Source: Candidatus Magasanikiibacteriota bacterium (GTDB lineage Bacteria; Patescibacteriota; Patescibacteriia; Magasanikbacterales; UBA922). From it: a stretch of DNA of 64,000 nt. This document shows, one piece after another, positions 38,490 through 48,830 of the stretch (the first letter of the stretch is position 1; every line of letters starts with the position of its first letter). Below the pieces are notes generated by a model. That model searched no databases. It was not told where the DNA came from and saw only the letters and a program-made list of their open reading frames with translations. The DNA is taken from NCBI GenBank assembly GCA_016193335.1, contig JACPSK010000005.1:13308-77307 (forward strand). Reading direction: 5' to 3'. Made by a program: the position numbers and the translations under genes.

Positions 38490-39740
38490 TCATTCCTGGC
38501 GCATGGCTAGGACCGGCTCAAGCGTGCTGGCCGCTCGGGCAGGATGCCAACCGAACAGTATACCGACTGAAGCCGAAAACCCGGTGCTCAACAAAATCGA
38601 AAACAGCGGTATTTCAAAAACCCAATGATAACCCAAATGCCGGGCTACGAAGGCAAGCGCGTAAGACAGGAAAGAACCAAAGAATACTCCCAACAAACCC
38701 CCGCACAAAGTGATGACCAAAGATTCTATCAGAAATTGTCTTTGTATAATACGACTCGAAGCCCCGACGGCCTTTCGCAAACCAATTTCAAAAGTTCTCT
38801 CCACTACTGACACGTACATCACATTCATAATGCCCACGCCGCCCACCAGCAAAGAAATACAGGCCAAAGCCACCAAAAGCCAGGTGACGGCGTTTAAAAT
38901 CGTGCCGACCAATTCCAAAGATTCATTCATTGTGGTAACCGAAAAATCGTCTTTGTCCGGATCAGATATATCATGGCGTTCGCGAAGCAAAGCCCGTATC
39001 TCCTCGGCAGTAAATTCCGCTTTGCCGTTATCGTTTGCCTTGGCGGTAATCCACAACACATGATCGACGCCCATGAGTTTTTTTTGTGCGGTGTTTAAGG
39101 GAATATACACCATGCGGTCCATATTTACGAAACCGGTGGCCCCACGTTCGGCCATGATCCCCACCACCTGATATGTTTTTTTGTCAATCTTGATCCTCGT
39201 CTCAAGAGCCTGTTTATTCCCAAATAGCGCCTCTCTTACTTCACTCCCGAGAACCACCACATTACGCGCTCCTTTGTCTTCTGAATCAGAAAAAAATCTT
39301 CCCTCGGCTAAAGTACCCTTATCTATGTCTGGAAATGAAGCCGAAACTCCAAAAATCATAGGCCGCATTTTCTCGTTTTCATAAGACAGCACGGCTTGGC
39401 CTGTAAGCGCTGCATAGGCATTTTCTATATTTTCCAAATCAATGATAGCTTGAGCGTCTTCTGATGTGAGACTGGTAATACTCACACCCCGTGCGTGCCC
39501 ACTGGCGTTTTGGATCGAAGTCTTGCCCGTTTGGGGAATTTTGACCTCTATCTGTATCCAATCATCTCCAAAACTGATCAATTCTTCGAGCAAAAGCCCC
39601 TTAAGTCCCTGCCCTGCTGAAAATACGATAATCACCATTGCTATGCCCAAGATAACTCCAAAAACGGTTAGCAGGCTCCGTGTTTTATTTTTGATAAGTG
39701 CTTTGAGGGCGATCAAAAAAGAATCGAGATACATAATCAC
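38490..39740 (-). CDS. MacB-type ABC transporter permease
   Basis: RSLLT..GV.LG, ISLLVGGVGIMN.M.VSV.ERT.EIGLRKAVGA. Confidence 0.92.
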   Translation of the reverse strand: MIMYLDSFLIALKALIKNKTRSLLTVFGVILGIAMVIIVFSAGQGLKGLLLEELISFGDDWIQIEVKIPQTGKTSIQNASGHARGVSITSLTSEDAQAIIDLENIENAYAALTGQAVLSYENEKMRPMIFGVSASFPDIDKGTLAEGRFFSDSEDKGARNVVVLGSEVREALFGNKQALETRIKIDKKTYQVVGIMAERGATGFVNMDRMVYIPLNTAQKKLMGVDHVLWITAKANDNGKAEFTAEEIRALLRERHDISDPDKDDFSVTTMNESLELVGTILNAVTWLLVALACISLLVGGVGIMNVMYVSVVERTFEIGLRKAVGASSRIIQRQFLIESLVITLCGGLLGVFFGSFLSYALAFVARHLGYHWVFEIPLFSILLSTGFSASVGILFGWHPARAASTLEPVLAMRQE

Positions 39741-39766
39741 CTATCTTAATTAATAATTCACCGATA

Positions 39767-40993
39767 CTATTCGTAGTGAAGAGCGGTGATGGGGTCAAGC
39801 CCCGCGGCTTTGCGCGCCGGAAGCAAGCCAAAAATCAAGCCTACAAGCAATGATATACCGACAGTCACTATGATAGAAGAAAAACTGATAATAAAATGAT
39901 AATCATAACCCGTATATTGAACTCCTCTCGCTATGATATAAGCAAGTAAAACTCCAAAAAAAATGCCGAACAGGCCGGCGAGAGCAGTAATGAAAATTGT
40001 TTCAAACAAAAATTGCCTCATAATATCCTTACTCCGCGCTCCCAGAGCTTTTCGAAGCCCGATTTCCCGCGTTTTCTCACGCACGCTCATAAGCATAATA
40101 TTCATGACTCCCACGCCGCCCACAAAAAGAGCCACCGAAGCTATACCGACCAAAAAAAATTTAAGTGCGTTGGTTATCGTGGTCAAAATGGCGAGCAAGT
40201 CAGTAATTTTTCTGACTGAAAAATCTTCATCCCCGTGTCGTTCGACCAAAGTCTGTTTTATTTCCTGAACTGTCTGTTCTATAAAACGCTCGTCTTCCAC
40301 TCGGATACGAAGGAAACTAACATGACGCAGGCCCAGCAAATCCCGTTGAACCGTGCTGAGAGGTATTAAAATCGCGTGGTCCGGATCTTCGAAGCCGTCA
40401 GAGCCTTTTTCTTCCAGAACACCAAGCACCCGAAAATGTTTCTTTTTTATCTTTATGGATGCTCCCACCGGATCGACATCTCCGAACAATTCATCCGCGA
40501 TAAGAGAACCCAATACCACGACACGTTCATAGCCTGAAAATTCTATGTCATCAAAAAAACGCCCCTCTCTCACGCTTAGCTTTTCCAGAGAAGCGTAGCT
40601 TGGTGTGGTCCCGGTATATGTGATATTGCGTTCAGTGCTCTGCCATTGCACGAGATCATTGCCAGATATATAAGCCGCGAATTCTTTACCGTGCTCTACG
40701 TTGTTCTTGTCCATGAGAGCGAGACCGTCTTCATACGTGAGTGTCGTTACCAATATGCCAAGGGCCGAAGCGGGCGGTCCGGTTTCTTCCGAAGCGCCCG
40801 CAAGCACGGCCACCAAATCAGTGCCCCTGGCTTTTATCTGATTGGTGATAAGGCCCTGCGCCCCTGAACCCACGGACATAACCAAAATGACCGCCGTGAT
40901 GCCTATGACAAGACCCAGCATGGTAAATAAAGTTCTTCTTCTATTTACGCGCAAATTTTTTATGGCGATTTTGGCGAGCAGAGAAAATCTCAT
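39767..40993 (-). CDS. MacB-type ABC transporter permease
   Basis: LFVGGVGVMNIMLMSV.E.TREIGLRKALGA, PARKAA.LDPI.AL. Confidence 0.92.
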   Translation of the reverse strand: MRFSLLAKIAIKNLRVNRRRTLFTMLGLVIGITAVILVMSVGSGAQGLITNQIKARGTDLVAVLAGASEETGPPASALGILVTTLTYEDGLALMDKNNVEHGKEFAAYISGNDLVQWQSTERNITYTGTTPSYASLEKLSVREGRFFDDIEFSGYERVVVLGSLIADELFGDVDPVGASIKIKKKHFRVLGVLEEKGSDGFEDPDHAILIPLSTVQRDLLGLRHVSFLRIRVEDERFIEQTVQEIKQTLVERHGDEDFSVRKITDLLAILTTITNALKFFLVGIASVALFVGGVGVMNIMLMSVREKTREIGLRKALGARSKDIMRQFLFETIFITALAGLFGIFFGVLLAYIIARGVQYTGYDYHFIISFSSIIVTVGISLLVGLIFGLLPARKAAGLDPITALHYE

Positions 40994-41090
40994 AAAAATT
41001 ACATTCTCCGCCCATTTCCTGACGGAAAGTGAATCAGCCGTTTTCGTGATAAACTCTGAAAAAGATTATTCCAGCCCGTCTGGCCGTCTT

Positions 41091-41810
41091 TCATTTCAAC
41101 AATGCCCCATCTGAGATAGAACGAAACTGCGCGTTCAATTCGTCGCGCACGATGAGCCCATCTTTGAGATGCACAATACGTTTCGCATGCCGAGCCGTGT
41201 CAAGCTCATGAGTTACCATAATGATGCTATGGCCTTTTTTGTTTAATCCCTGCAAAATGGACATGATCTGGGTACCGGATTTTGAATCCAAATTACCGGT
41301 CGGTTCATCGGCAAAAATAACATCCGGATCATTCACCAAAGCTCTCGCTATCGCCACCCTCTGACGTTCGCCGCCAGACAGCTGATTTGAAAGATGTTGA
41401 CCACGATGGCTCAAGGCAACTGACTCAATGGCCTTGTCCACAAGATCCTTATATTCTTTTTTATTCTTTGAACTATAAAGCAAAGGCAGTTCAATATTTT
41501 CTCTCACCGTAGTCCTTGGCAAAAGATTAAAAGACTGAAAGACAAAACCTACGCGCCGGTTGCGCATCTCTGCCAGTCGATCTGTATCAAACCCCCCGGC
41601 GTCTTGTCCGTCGAAAAAATAGGAGCCAGCGCTCGGGCTGTCCAAAAAACTCAAAATATGCATCAACGTAGACTTTCCAGAACCGCTCGGACCCATGATG
41701 GCCACAAACTCACCCCGCTCGATTTTGAGCGTGATACCATGCAATACTTTGGTTACGACATCATCAGTTTGATATTCTTTTTGTATGTTTTGTGTTTCGA
41801 TAAGTGGCAT
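41091..41810 (-). CDS. ABC transporter ATP-binding protein (LolD/MacB-like)
   Basis: GPSGSGKST, LSGGERQR, ADEPTGNLD. Confidence 0.95.
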   Translation of the reverse strand: MPLIETQNIQKEYQTDDVVTKVLHGITLKIERGEFVAIMGPSGSGKSTLMHILSFLDSPSAGSYFFDGQDAGGFDTDRLAEMRNRRVGFVFQSFNLLPRTTVRENIELPLLYSSKNKKEYKDLVDKAIESVALSHRGQHLSNQLSGGERQRVAIARALVNDPDVIFADEPTGNLDSKSGTQIMSILQGLNKKGHSIIMVTHELDTARHAKRIVHLKDGLIVRDELNAQFRSISDGALLK

Positions 41811-41825
41811 AGATAAGTCTCGAAA

Positions 41826-43706
41826 TCACTCTGTTTTGAGAAAACTGACAACTTCTTCTCCTTCGTTAAGACCTGAAATGATCTCAGTCTGTCCCCTATC
41901 TCCCGACAGACCCACGAGCACAGAACGTTCTTCAAAAATTCCGCTTTTCGCGTCCATGAGCACCCTCACAAATGAAGATCCATCCTCCCGCCGTATTATC
42001 GAGCGCTCTGAAACGGCGAGCACAGCTTGTTTTTCTTCTGTGATAATCCGGACATTCGCCGTCATGCCAGAACGCAATTCATATTCCTTTGGATAATTTT
42101 TATCGAGAGCTATTTTGGTTTTGTAATAAATAACTCCGGAAATCTCGGTCTCGGCCGGCTCCACAAAAAGTACGTTCCCTTTGAATTTCACTTCTTCTCC
42201 GTATGCGTCGAAGCTGATTAAGACAGGATCCTCCGCCAGAACTTTTACAATATCAGATTCAGAAATATCTACTTCTATGTTCAAATCAGAAGACAAAATA
42301 TGTGCCACGCTCTGATTGGCTTGGGCATTTTCTCCTATCTCAATATCCAGACCGGCAAGAATGCCGTCGCTCAAGGCTTTTAATTCGGTTTTCTCCAGAT
42401 CATCCTTGAGAGCCTGCACATTGGCGGCCTGCCGCCCCACTTCTGCTTTCAGAGAAGCAAGGTCCACGTCTCGAGGGTCAGAAATTAAATCTTCATGCCC
42501 TGCTTCGGCTTCTTCTAGCTGCGCGGCTTTAAATAAAGCCTGAGCATGAGCGATATTATTGTCTGCCTCCACTTCTTTACGAAGATTCGCGAGTTCCACC
42601 GTGGCTTTGTCATACGCAATTCGATATGAAGAAAGAGAGGTTCTCGCCGTACTGATTGCTTGTTTCTTGGCGCTCAAATCCTTGGCAGAACTGTTCACAC
42701 TGGCTTGCGCTGAGCTGATGTCTGTTTTCAAAGTATTTAACTCTGATAAGCTAAGATCCCCACCCGGTTCGGCATCCGCGAGAATAAGCTGCATGCGCGA
42801 CAATAATTTTTGAGTATTCTCCAAAGCTAAAACCATTTCAAGAGTCCAAGAATCAACAAGAGCATGGGTGCTTTGTTCCTTGAGCGCTAAAATATCAAAT
42901 TCAAAAGCCCGCAAAGTGCCATGCAAAGACTTGTACAAAGTTTTTGTTTGGTTCAAAACAGTGGTATTATCAAGCTCCAAAACATCCTCATAATCATCAT
43001 TAGCTTGTATATTGTCAATCCCCAATATCTTGTCGGTTTCAATTAAAGCGTCGGAAAAGACCGTAAGAGAAGATTTTAGGGCGTCTATAAGATTCAGATA
43101 CGCGTCTTTTACCAATCTGCTGTCTTCTCCTCCTTCGACCAATGACAAATTATTTTTTGCCGTTTCCAAAGCTTTTTCAGCGTTTGATATTTTTGTTTCT
43201 CCGGAAGCCTTAACCTTGTCGAGTTCAGCCTCAACCTCTTGAAGAGCGGCTTTTGCCTGATCCACGGTGGCTCTGGATTTCTTGGCAGCCTCGGCACTCG
43301 GCCCGGCCAATTCAAGATTGAGTTTTGCTTGCGCCGAACTCAGAGCGGCGTATCCTTCATTAAGACGAGCTCTCTGCTTGGCGCTGTCAAGACGCGCCAA
43401 TACTTCACCGTTTTTTACTTGATCGCCGGTTTTTTTTAAAACCTCAAGCACTTTTCCTGAAATTTCCCAGCCGTATCTGAGCTCGAGATTCGAGACAAGG
43501 GATCCGGTCTCTTCCACTGACTGAATCAAATCAAGACGCTCCACTCGGGAGCTTGAATACTCAAGCTCTTCCGGGCTTCGTTTTTTTGCGACAAAAAAAA
43601 TAAGCAGAAAAAAAATGACAAGCGCCAAAAAACGAACTGACGGCTTTTTCAAAGCTGTTTTGGCGGAAGCAAAAAATTCTTTCATAAAAATATTCGCCCT
43701 ATACAT
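41826..43706 (-). CDS. MacA/HlyD-type adaptor with long coiled coil
   Basis: N-terminal TM, lipoyl-like GKV...GDQVK.G, extended helical hairpin, LRSGMTANV, EIISGL.EGE.V. Confidence 0.85.
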   Translation of the reverse strand: MYRANIFMKEFFASAKTALKKPSVRFLALVIFFLLIFFVAKKRSPEELEYSSSRVERLDLIQSVEETGSLVSNLELRYGWEISGKVLEVLKKTGDQVKNGEVLARLDSAKQRARLNEGYAALSSAQAKLNLELAGPSAEAAKKSRATVDQAKAALQEVEAELDKVKASGETKISNAEKALETAKNNLSLVEGGEDSRLVKDAYLNLIDALKSSLTVFSDALIETDKILGIDNIQANDDYEDVLELDNTTVLNQTKTLYKSLHGTLRAFEFDILALKEQSTHALVDSWTLEMVLALENTQKLLSRMQLILADAEPGGDLSLSELNTLKTDISSAQASVNSSAKDLSAKKQAISTARTSLSSYRIAYDKATVELANLRKEVEADNNIAHAQALFKAAQLEEAEAGHEDLISDPRDVDLASLKAEVGRQAANVQALKDDLEKTELKALSDGILAGLDIEIGENAQANQSVAHILSSDLNIEVDISESDIVKVLAEDPVLISFDAYGEEVKFKGNVLFVEPAETEISGVIYYKTKIALDKNYPKEYELRSGMTANVRIITEEKQAVLAVSERSIIRREDGSSFVRVLMDAKSGIFEERSVLVGLSGDRGQTEIISGLNEGEEVVSFLKTE

Positions 43707-43844
43707 GGCAGGACTTCCGAACTTGCGCTTGGGGACAAAGAACTAAAGGCTCTCTGAGGGTCTGAGATGAACGAGGCAAGCAAACTATTTCACTCTTAAA
43801 CATCAAGCGGCCGCAGACTCAAAATCCCACACCATATCGGGGAT

Positions 43845-44510
43845 TTATTCTTTTGTAATGAGTGTGACTGATTCTATCAGCACCGGTTCAATGGGATTAT
43901 CCCGCGCGTCTGTTTCAACAGCTTCTATAGAATCCACAATATCCATTCCCCCCACGACAAAACCGAAATTAGTATGCTTCCCGTCAAGCCAAGGAGTGGC
44001 TTCCGCGATTACGATAAAAAACTGTGACCCGTTTGTGTTCGGCCCGGCATTGGCCATGGCCAGAGAACCGCGAAGCAAGGGATGGGAGTTTATTTCATCT
44101 TCAAAAGTATAGCCAGGACCACCTGTGCCGTGCGGAGCCCGATTATTCTGATCTTTGCTTAAAGGATCGCCGCCTTGAATCATAAAATCTTTGATCACTC
44201 TGTGAAAACTCACAGCATTATAAAAACCTTCCTGAGAGAGCTTCAAAAAATTTTCCACGGTTTTAGGAGAATCTTGATTGTAAAATTCAACAGTGATATC
44301 GCCCTTGTTGGTTTTGAGAATCGCTCGGTTGTATGTTCCAACTAAACTGTCTTGTGGCATAGAAGAATCAATAATGTTATCTACCTTACTTATTGGTGAG
44401 ACTCCAGACTTCGCTCCCAAATCAGACGAAGAGACGGGAACAGAAGATCCGGATGAACAGCCGGCTCCCAGAAAAAGAACAAGGGTACTGAAAAAGATGA
44501 GCAAACGCAT
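43845..44510 (-). CDS. cyclophilin-type peptidyl-prolyl isomerase, probable lipoprotein
   Basis: FHRVIKDFMIQGGDP, AMANAGPNTNGSQFFI, LDGKHT.FG; signal ending LGAGC; start reassigned. Confidence 0.92.
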   Translation of the reverse strand: MRLLIFFSTLVLFLGAGCSSGSSVPVSSSDLGAKSGVSPISKVDNIIDSSMPQDSLVGTYNRAILKTNKGDITVEFYNQDSPKTVENFLKLSQEGFYNAVSFHRVIKDFMIQGGDPLSKDQNNRAPHGTGGPGYTFEDEINSHPLLRGSLAMANAGPNTNGSQFFIVIAEATPWLDGKHTNFGFVVGGMDIVDSIEAVETDARDNPIEPVLIESVTLITKE

Positions 44511-44520
44511 AGAGTAGAAA

Positions 44521-44931
44521 TTAAAAATTCTCAACGCCCTTTTTCTTAAAATTAAGGCAGACCGAATTGATGCAATACCGTTTGCCCGTAGGTCCGGGGC
44601 CGTCATCAAAAACATGTCCCAAATGAGAGCCGCAGGAAGAGCACGTAACTTCGGTCCTCTCCACACCATGGCTTATGTCGCGATTAATCGTCACCGCCCC
44701 CTCTTTGGCCAAATCGTAAAAACTCGGCCAGCCACTTCCAGAGTCATATTTCTTGGAAGAATCAAATAAAATTTGGCCGCAAGCCATGCAAGCATAGCTT
44801 CCATCTTCTCCATGTTTGTAATATGCCCCGGTAAAAGGAGCTTCTGTGCCTTTTCCCCTTAATATCTGATACTGTTCAGGACTTAATTTCTCTTTCCAGT
44901 ATTCTTCTCCAAGATCTTTGAAATTCGACAT
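44521..44931 (-). CDS. msrB: peptide-methionine (R)-S-oxide reductase
   Basis: GTE.PFTG, SG.GWPSF, HLGHVF.DGP, RYCINS. Confidence 0.95.
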   Translation of the reverse strand: MSNFKDLGEEYWKEKLSPEQYQILRGKGTEAPFTGAYYKHGEDGSYACMACGQILFDSSKKYDSGSGWPSFYDLAKEGAVTINRDISHGVERTEVTCSSCGSHLGHVFDDGPGPTGKRYCINSVCLNFKKKGVENF

Positions 44932-45030
44932 AAAGATACAATAAATTACCCCTATCATAAAGGAATAAAGAATGACCGTCAACGGCCTTCAAAAATCTTC
45001 TAAAAATAAACAAAAGCAAGACAAATATTT

Positions 45031-45690
45031 TTAGCTTGCGGACGTTTTTATGTTGCCGGGTTCTCGAAGAAGGCGGATACCAAGATACGAAAGCGGAGTA
45101 TAAAGCGCGCCCATCACCACTTTGTAGAGCCACCAAGAAATAATGATACTAATCAGCGTGCGGGTTGAATAAACGCCCGCGAAGGCGATAACCATGAAGA
45201 CTGTCGTGTCGAGTAATTGTGACCAAAGATTGGAGAGAAGCGAGCGCAGCCAAAAAAATTTTACTCCCAATTTCTCGCGGAAAAAGAAAAAAGACAATAC
45301 ATCTTGGTACTCAGCAATCAAAAAAGCGGTAACCGAGGCAATGGCAATGCGCACCGAAACGCCAAAAATCTGATTGTACCCCTGTCTCGCCCATTCGCTG
45401 GCATCGGACCATGGCATGGCAAGCGACAAAAATGAATAGGCAATGAACAAGGTCGTGCTGATAAAGCCGGCAAGAACGAAAAACTTTGCGGCGCGCTTGC
45501 CAAATACTTCTCCGATAACGTCAGTGGTTAGAAACACAATGGGGAAAGAAAACACTGCCACCGATAAGTGGGAACCAAAAATAAATGGCATCAGCTTCAA
45601 ACCAAGAGTATTGGCCGCGAACAAAGAGGTAAGATATATGGCAAGCGTGATAATGAGTTTTTTAAACGAACGTTCTGTAAGTTGAATCAT
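45031..45690 (-). CDS. yhhQ: queuosine precursor transporter (VUT/YhhQ family)
   Basis: FP..FL.TDV..EVFG, R...AS..A....Q..D, S...SQ..DT..F..IAF; tgt and queA in the window. Confidence 0.85.
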   Translation of the reverse strand: MIQLTERSFKKLIITLAIYLTSLFAANTLGLKLMPFIFGSHLSVAVFSFPIVFLTTDVIGEVFGKRAAKFFVLAGFISTTLFIAYSFLSLAMPWSDASEWARQGYNQIFGVSVRIAIASVTAFLIAEYQDVLSFFFFREKLGVKFFWLRSLLSNLWSQLLDTTVFMVIAFAGVYSTRTLISIIISWWLYKVVMGALYTPLSYLGIRLLREPGNIKTSAS

Positions 45691-46048
45691 ACTGATAATT
45701 CCTTAGTTTAATAAATACGCGGGAACAAAAACAGGTGCTCAATATTCAGAAACAGATAAAAAACCTCCCAGATTCTTGGAAGAGACTTTGCAGACAAAGC
45801 CGGACCAGGTTTCTATCCGATGATTGTGAAGCATAGTTAAAAAATATTATGAAAATCTAGACGACTCGATTTTCTGGAACAAACAACAAAAGTTAACAAG
45901 CTTAGTTAAAATAAACTGAAAGTGATTTTATCAGAATACCTGAACAATACAAATTTTGCAAATTTTCGCAGTTAATGGATTAGACGCCAAAAAAACAGGA
46001 TTAAAAAACTAAAAAAATTCAAACAGACCAAACGCACCCCACTCTACT

Positions 46049-46687
46049 TTAAAACTCTGTTCTCAATCCCTTTTCCAAAACCACAAATCGCATTCCTTCG
46101 GCTCCCAATACATCTTTTGGAATGCTATGAAAAGGGCCAACATGCTTGAGCATACCGTCATGAATAGGAAACACAAGCTGTGGCTTTATCTTTTTTGCGT
46201 ATTCGAGGCTATCGGCCATACGCATCCACGGCGCGATAACCGGAAGCGCGAGAATCTCAACTGGCTTATCCGGATACACATTAAGCGCGTCCCCGGGATG
46301 AAACAAGCGCCCATCAAATAAAAAACCGGTATTGTCAAAACGAGGAAAAGACTGATAGATCACCGCGTGATCTTGGCCAAAAGCCTCAACACTCAAGCCT
46401 TTGACCGTCATACTGGCTCCGTTTTCAAGCAATTCAAAGGAAAAATCTGCCCCAGCAAGCTTCTTGCCTACTCCTTTGTTGGTGTATATACGAAAATTTT
46501 GATTATGTTCACGAAGACGCGAAAGAGATTCAATATCGCAGTGATCCGGATGTTCATGAGTTATAAAAATAGCGTCTAAACCAGAAATTTCTGTGTGCCC
46601 TTCTGACCAAAAACCGGGATCAACCATAAGCCGAGCCCCGTTTTCTTCAATAAGCAAGCAAGAATGTCCGAAAAAAGTAAGATGCAT
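46049..46687 (-). CDS. metallo-beta-lactamase-fold hydrolase
   Basis: GHSC, THEHPDH, HPGD, PIHD. Confidence 0.88.
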   Translation of the reverse strand: MHLTFFGHSCLLIEENGARLMVDPGFWSEGHTEISGLDAIFITHEHPDHCDIESLSRLREHNQNFRIYTNKGVGKKLAGADFSFELLENGASMTVKGLSVEAFGQDHAVIYQSFPRFDNTGFLFDGRLFHPGDALNVYPDKPVEILALPVIAPWMRMADSLEYAKKIKPQLVFPIHDGMLKHVGPFHSIPKDVLGAEGMRFVVLEKGLRTEF

Positions 46688-46782
46688 ACCGGCAATAATT
46701 ATCTATAAAGGCTAATCTTATTCACCCTAAAACTAAAAGATATCTCTTTACTCTGAGATCCGCAATAACGTACAGCAGATTT

Positions 46783-47364
46783 CTACAAACCAGGTTCAAA
46801 ACTCTGTAAAGTCAGGTCTAAATCACTTTTGTAAGCTTCATAGTCAGCGGGAAGGGCCATAAACGTAAGCACAAAACCTTTATAATCTCTATAAGCCTGT
46901 ACTTGGGTCATACGCAGTGTGAGAGTGCCTTGTGTCAGAACACCTTCCGCTCGTATTGCCTCTCCAAAAGGAAACTGAATTTTGCTAACTTTCGCTTCCA
47001 TAGTCCCCGCGCTCTCCAAAGCCGTCTTGATACTCTCTGGCAATTCATCCAACACAACTTCGTCTTGAGTAAACTCAGTGGGGGTCAAAATAACTCCAAG
47101 ATTGGATTGAAACCCCGCGTTCGTATCAGCCATGGGAACTTTAAAATATATTTGCCCCTCAGCCGCCAAAGTTTCGTCCAAATTCCATGTATTTGGATAA
47201 GAAATGCTCCAGCCTCCGGTGCTCTTGTAATCAGTAAAATAACTGGGGAGTTCGGCTTTGCTAAGAGCAGGAGCTTTGTCTGTTGTCGGGTTGCCAGACG
47301 CGCATCCTCCTCCGATCAAAAGCAAAGTAAGTGCGAAACCGAGGCCAGTAATGAATCTTCGCAT
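46783..47364 (-). CDS. putative lipoprotein (PsbP/DcrB-like fold possible)
   Basis: Signal ending IGGGC, SISYP..W motif, ends SF; start reassigned. Confidence 0.6.
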   Translation of the reverse strand: MRRFITGLGFALTLLLIGGGCASGNPTTDKAPALSKAELPSYFTDYKSTGGWSISYPNTWNLDETLAAEGQIYFKVPMADTNAGFQSNLGVILTPTEFTQDEVVLDELPESIKTALESAGTMEAKVSKIQFPFGEAIRAEGVLTQGTLTLRMTQVQAYRDYKGFVLTFMALPADYEAYKSDLDLTLQSFEPGL

Positions 47365-47439
47365 ATAGTGATGATACATAATGAATAAATTGAAGACCAA
47401 AATCAGTATAACAATAATATATTCAAAACACAAAAAGCC

Positions 47440-48261
47440 TTAAGGAGATTCGATCGTATAATATTCTCTGTCTGTATCATACCAAGTATCCAACAAATCA
47501 GATACAGAATGTCTACCCACCGCGAAACGGTCCTGAGATGGATCCCATACATCATACACACGCAAAGCTTCACGTTTGAGTTTCAATTCCTCAGAATTCA
47601 AAGCTACGGAAATATCATTAACGCTCGGTGTTAAGGGAAACCAACGCTTATCCGATATGTTGTTTGCTTTCACCAGGCCATTGGCCAAAGCCACATGGTC
47701 CGGATGGCCGCCGGACACGGTGACATATACTCCATCTCCCAATTTTTCGCGTAAATCTTCAAATACAAGTCTTGCCTGTTTTTCATCGAGATCCCCATCA
47801 GAATAATATGGCTCAAGAGAACCGGCCACTCCGCCCGGATTTAAAAATAGTACATGGTCCTCCGATATGCCGAGCTTTTTTGCAGAATCCAAAAACTCAC
47901 GGTTACGGGCCGCGACAAAATCTTGATGAGACAATTCAGAATATCCCTCTTCTCCAGGATGATGAACTTGTTTATGCACCGGGCAGACAATATCAGTCCC
48001 ATGTCCGTCCGTTCCATTTATAATATACCGAGCCGAAGACCGAGACCCATCTGTTACCACCACCGCGTAGACTTCCTGTCCTTCAATCGCTGAACGTGCC
48101 AGAAAACCGGCCATAAACAATTCATCATCTTGATGGGGCAAAACCGCTACCACTATTTTTCTTTTTGAAACAAAAGTGTCGTCTTTAAATGAAAAAAGAA
48201 AGATAAACGTAAAAAAAACAATTGCCAGAATTCCCATTGTCAAGAGACCCAAAGTCCGCAT
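47440..48261 (-). CDS. PIG-L family deacetylase with N-terminal anchor
   Basis: PHQDDE, VTDG, R..E, HPDH. Confidence 0.85.
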   Translation of the reverse strand: MRTLGLLTMGILAIVFFTFIFLFSFKDDTFVSKRKIVVAVLPHQDDELFMAGFLARSAIEGQEVYAVVVTDGSRSSARYIINGTDGHGTDIVCPVHKQVHHPGEEGYSELSHQDFVAARNREFLDSAKKLGISEDHVLFLNPGGVAGSLEPYYSDGDLDEKQARLVFEDLREKLGDGVYVTVSGGHPDHVALANGLVKANNISDKRWFPLTPSVNDISVALNSEELKLKREALRVYDVWDPSQDRFAVGRHSVSDLLDTWYDTDREYYTIESP

Positions 48262-48383
48262 AAATACTCAACCAATAGAACCTTACGTATGGCCACTATA
48301 TATTACAATGTACACGCCAAACAATCCAATCGAAAGATGGCGGGATTTCTAAAGCGCACCATACATAGAAATATCCCGAGTCT

Positions 48384-48707
48384 CTATTTTTGTGGATCTG
48401 GATACCCATCTGGATCCGGATAGAAGCTGTCCGGATTAGGGAATACGTCAGGGTCAGGATACTTTTGTGAATTTGGAATCTTATCCGGATCAGGAGACCT
48501 CTGAGAATCAGGAACATGATCCGGGTTAGGATATACTGGCGAAACCACACTATTCACTTTCTCAAAACTTCTGGAACCGGGCTGATTTTGCTTGGCAAGA
48601 CGAGAACCTGCCGCGGCCGCGGCCAAGGCCGCAGCGCCGAGAAATGCAAGCGCCAAACCGATCTTTAACTTCGACACCGTTGCTGTTTTTTGTGTAATCT
48701 TTCCCAT
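48384..48707 (-). CDS. small exported protein with PxPD repeats and shared N-terminal motif
   Basis: AFLGAAALAAAAA segment followed by (Y/F)P(D/N)PD repeats. Confidence 0.65.
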   Translation of the reverse strand: MGKITQKTATVSKLKIGLALAFLGAAALAAAAAGSRLAKQNQPGSRSFEKVNSVVSPVYPNPDHVPDSQRSPDPDKIPNSQKYPDPDVFPNPDSFYPDPDGYPDPQK

Positions 48708-48830
48708 ATTATATGACGAAATAAATACTTAACTATAACTAGAACCACAGCCCAAAAATAATTTTGAGTTGGGCTCTAAATATACCACAAAAGTTAACAA
48801 GAACAAAATAAATATAGGATGTGTGTGCCC

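Noticed and set aside
45695-45745. preQ1-I riboswitch before yhhQ
   Set aside because: An AAACTAAGG tail is present, but I cannot find the P1 stem with the conserved loop
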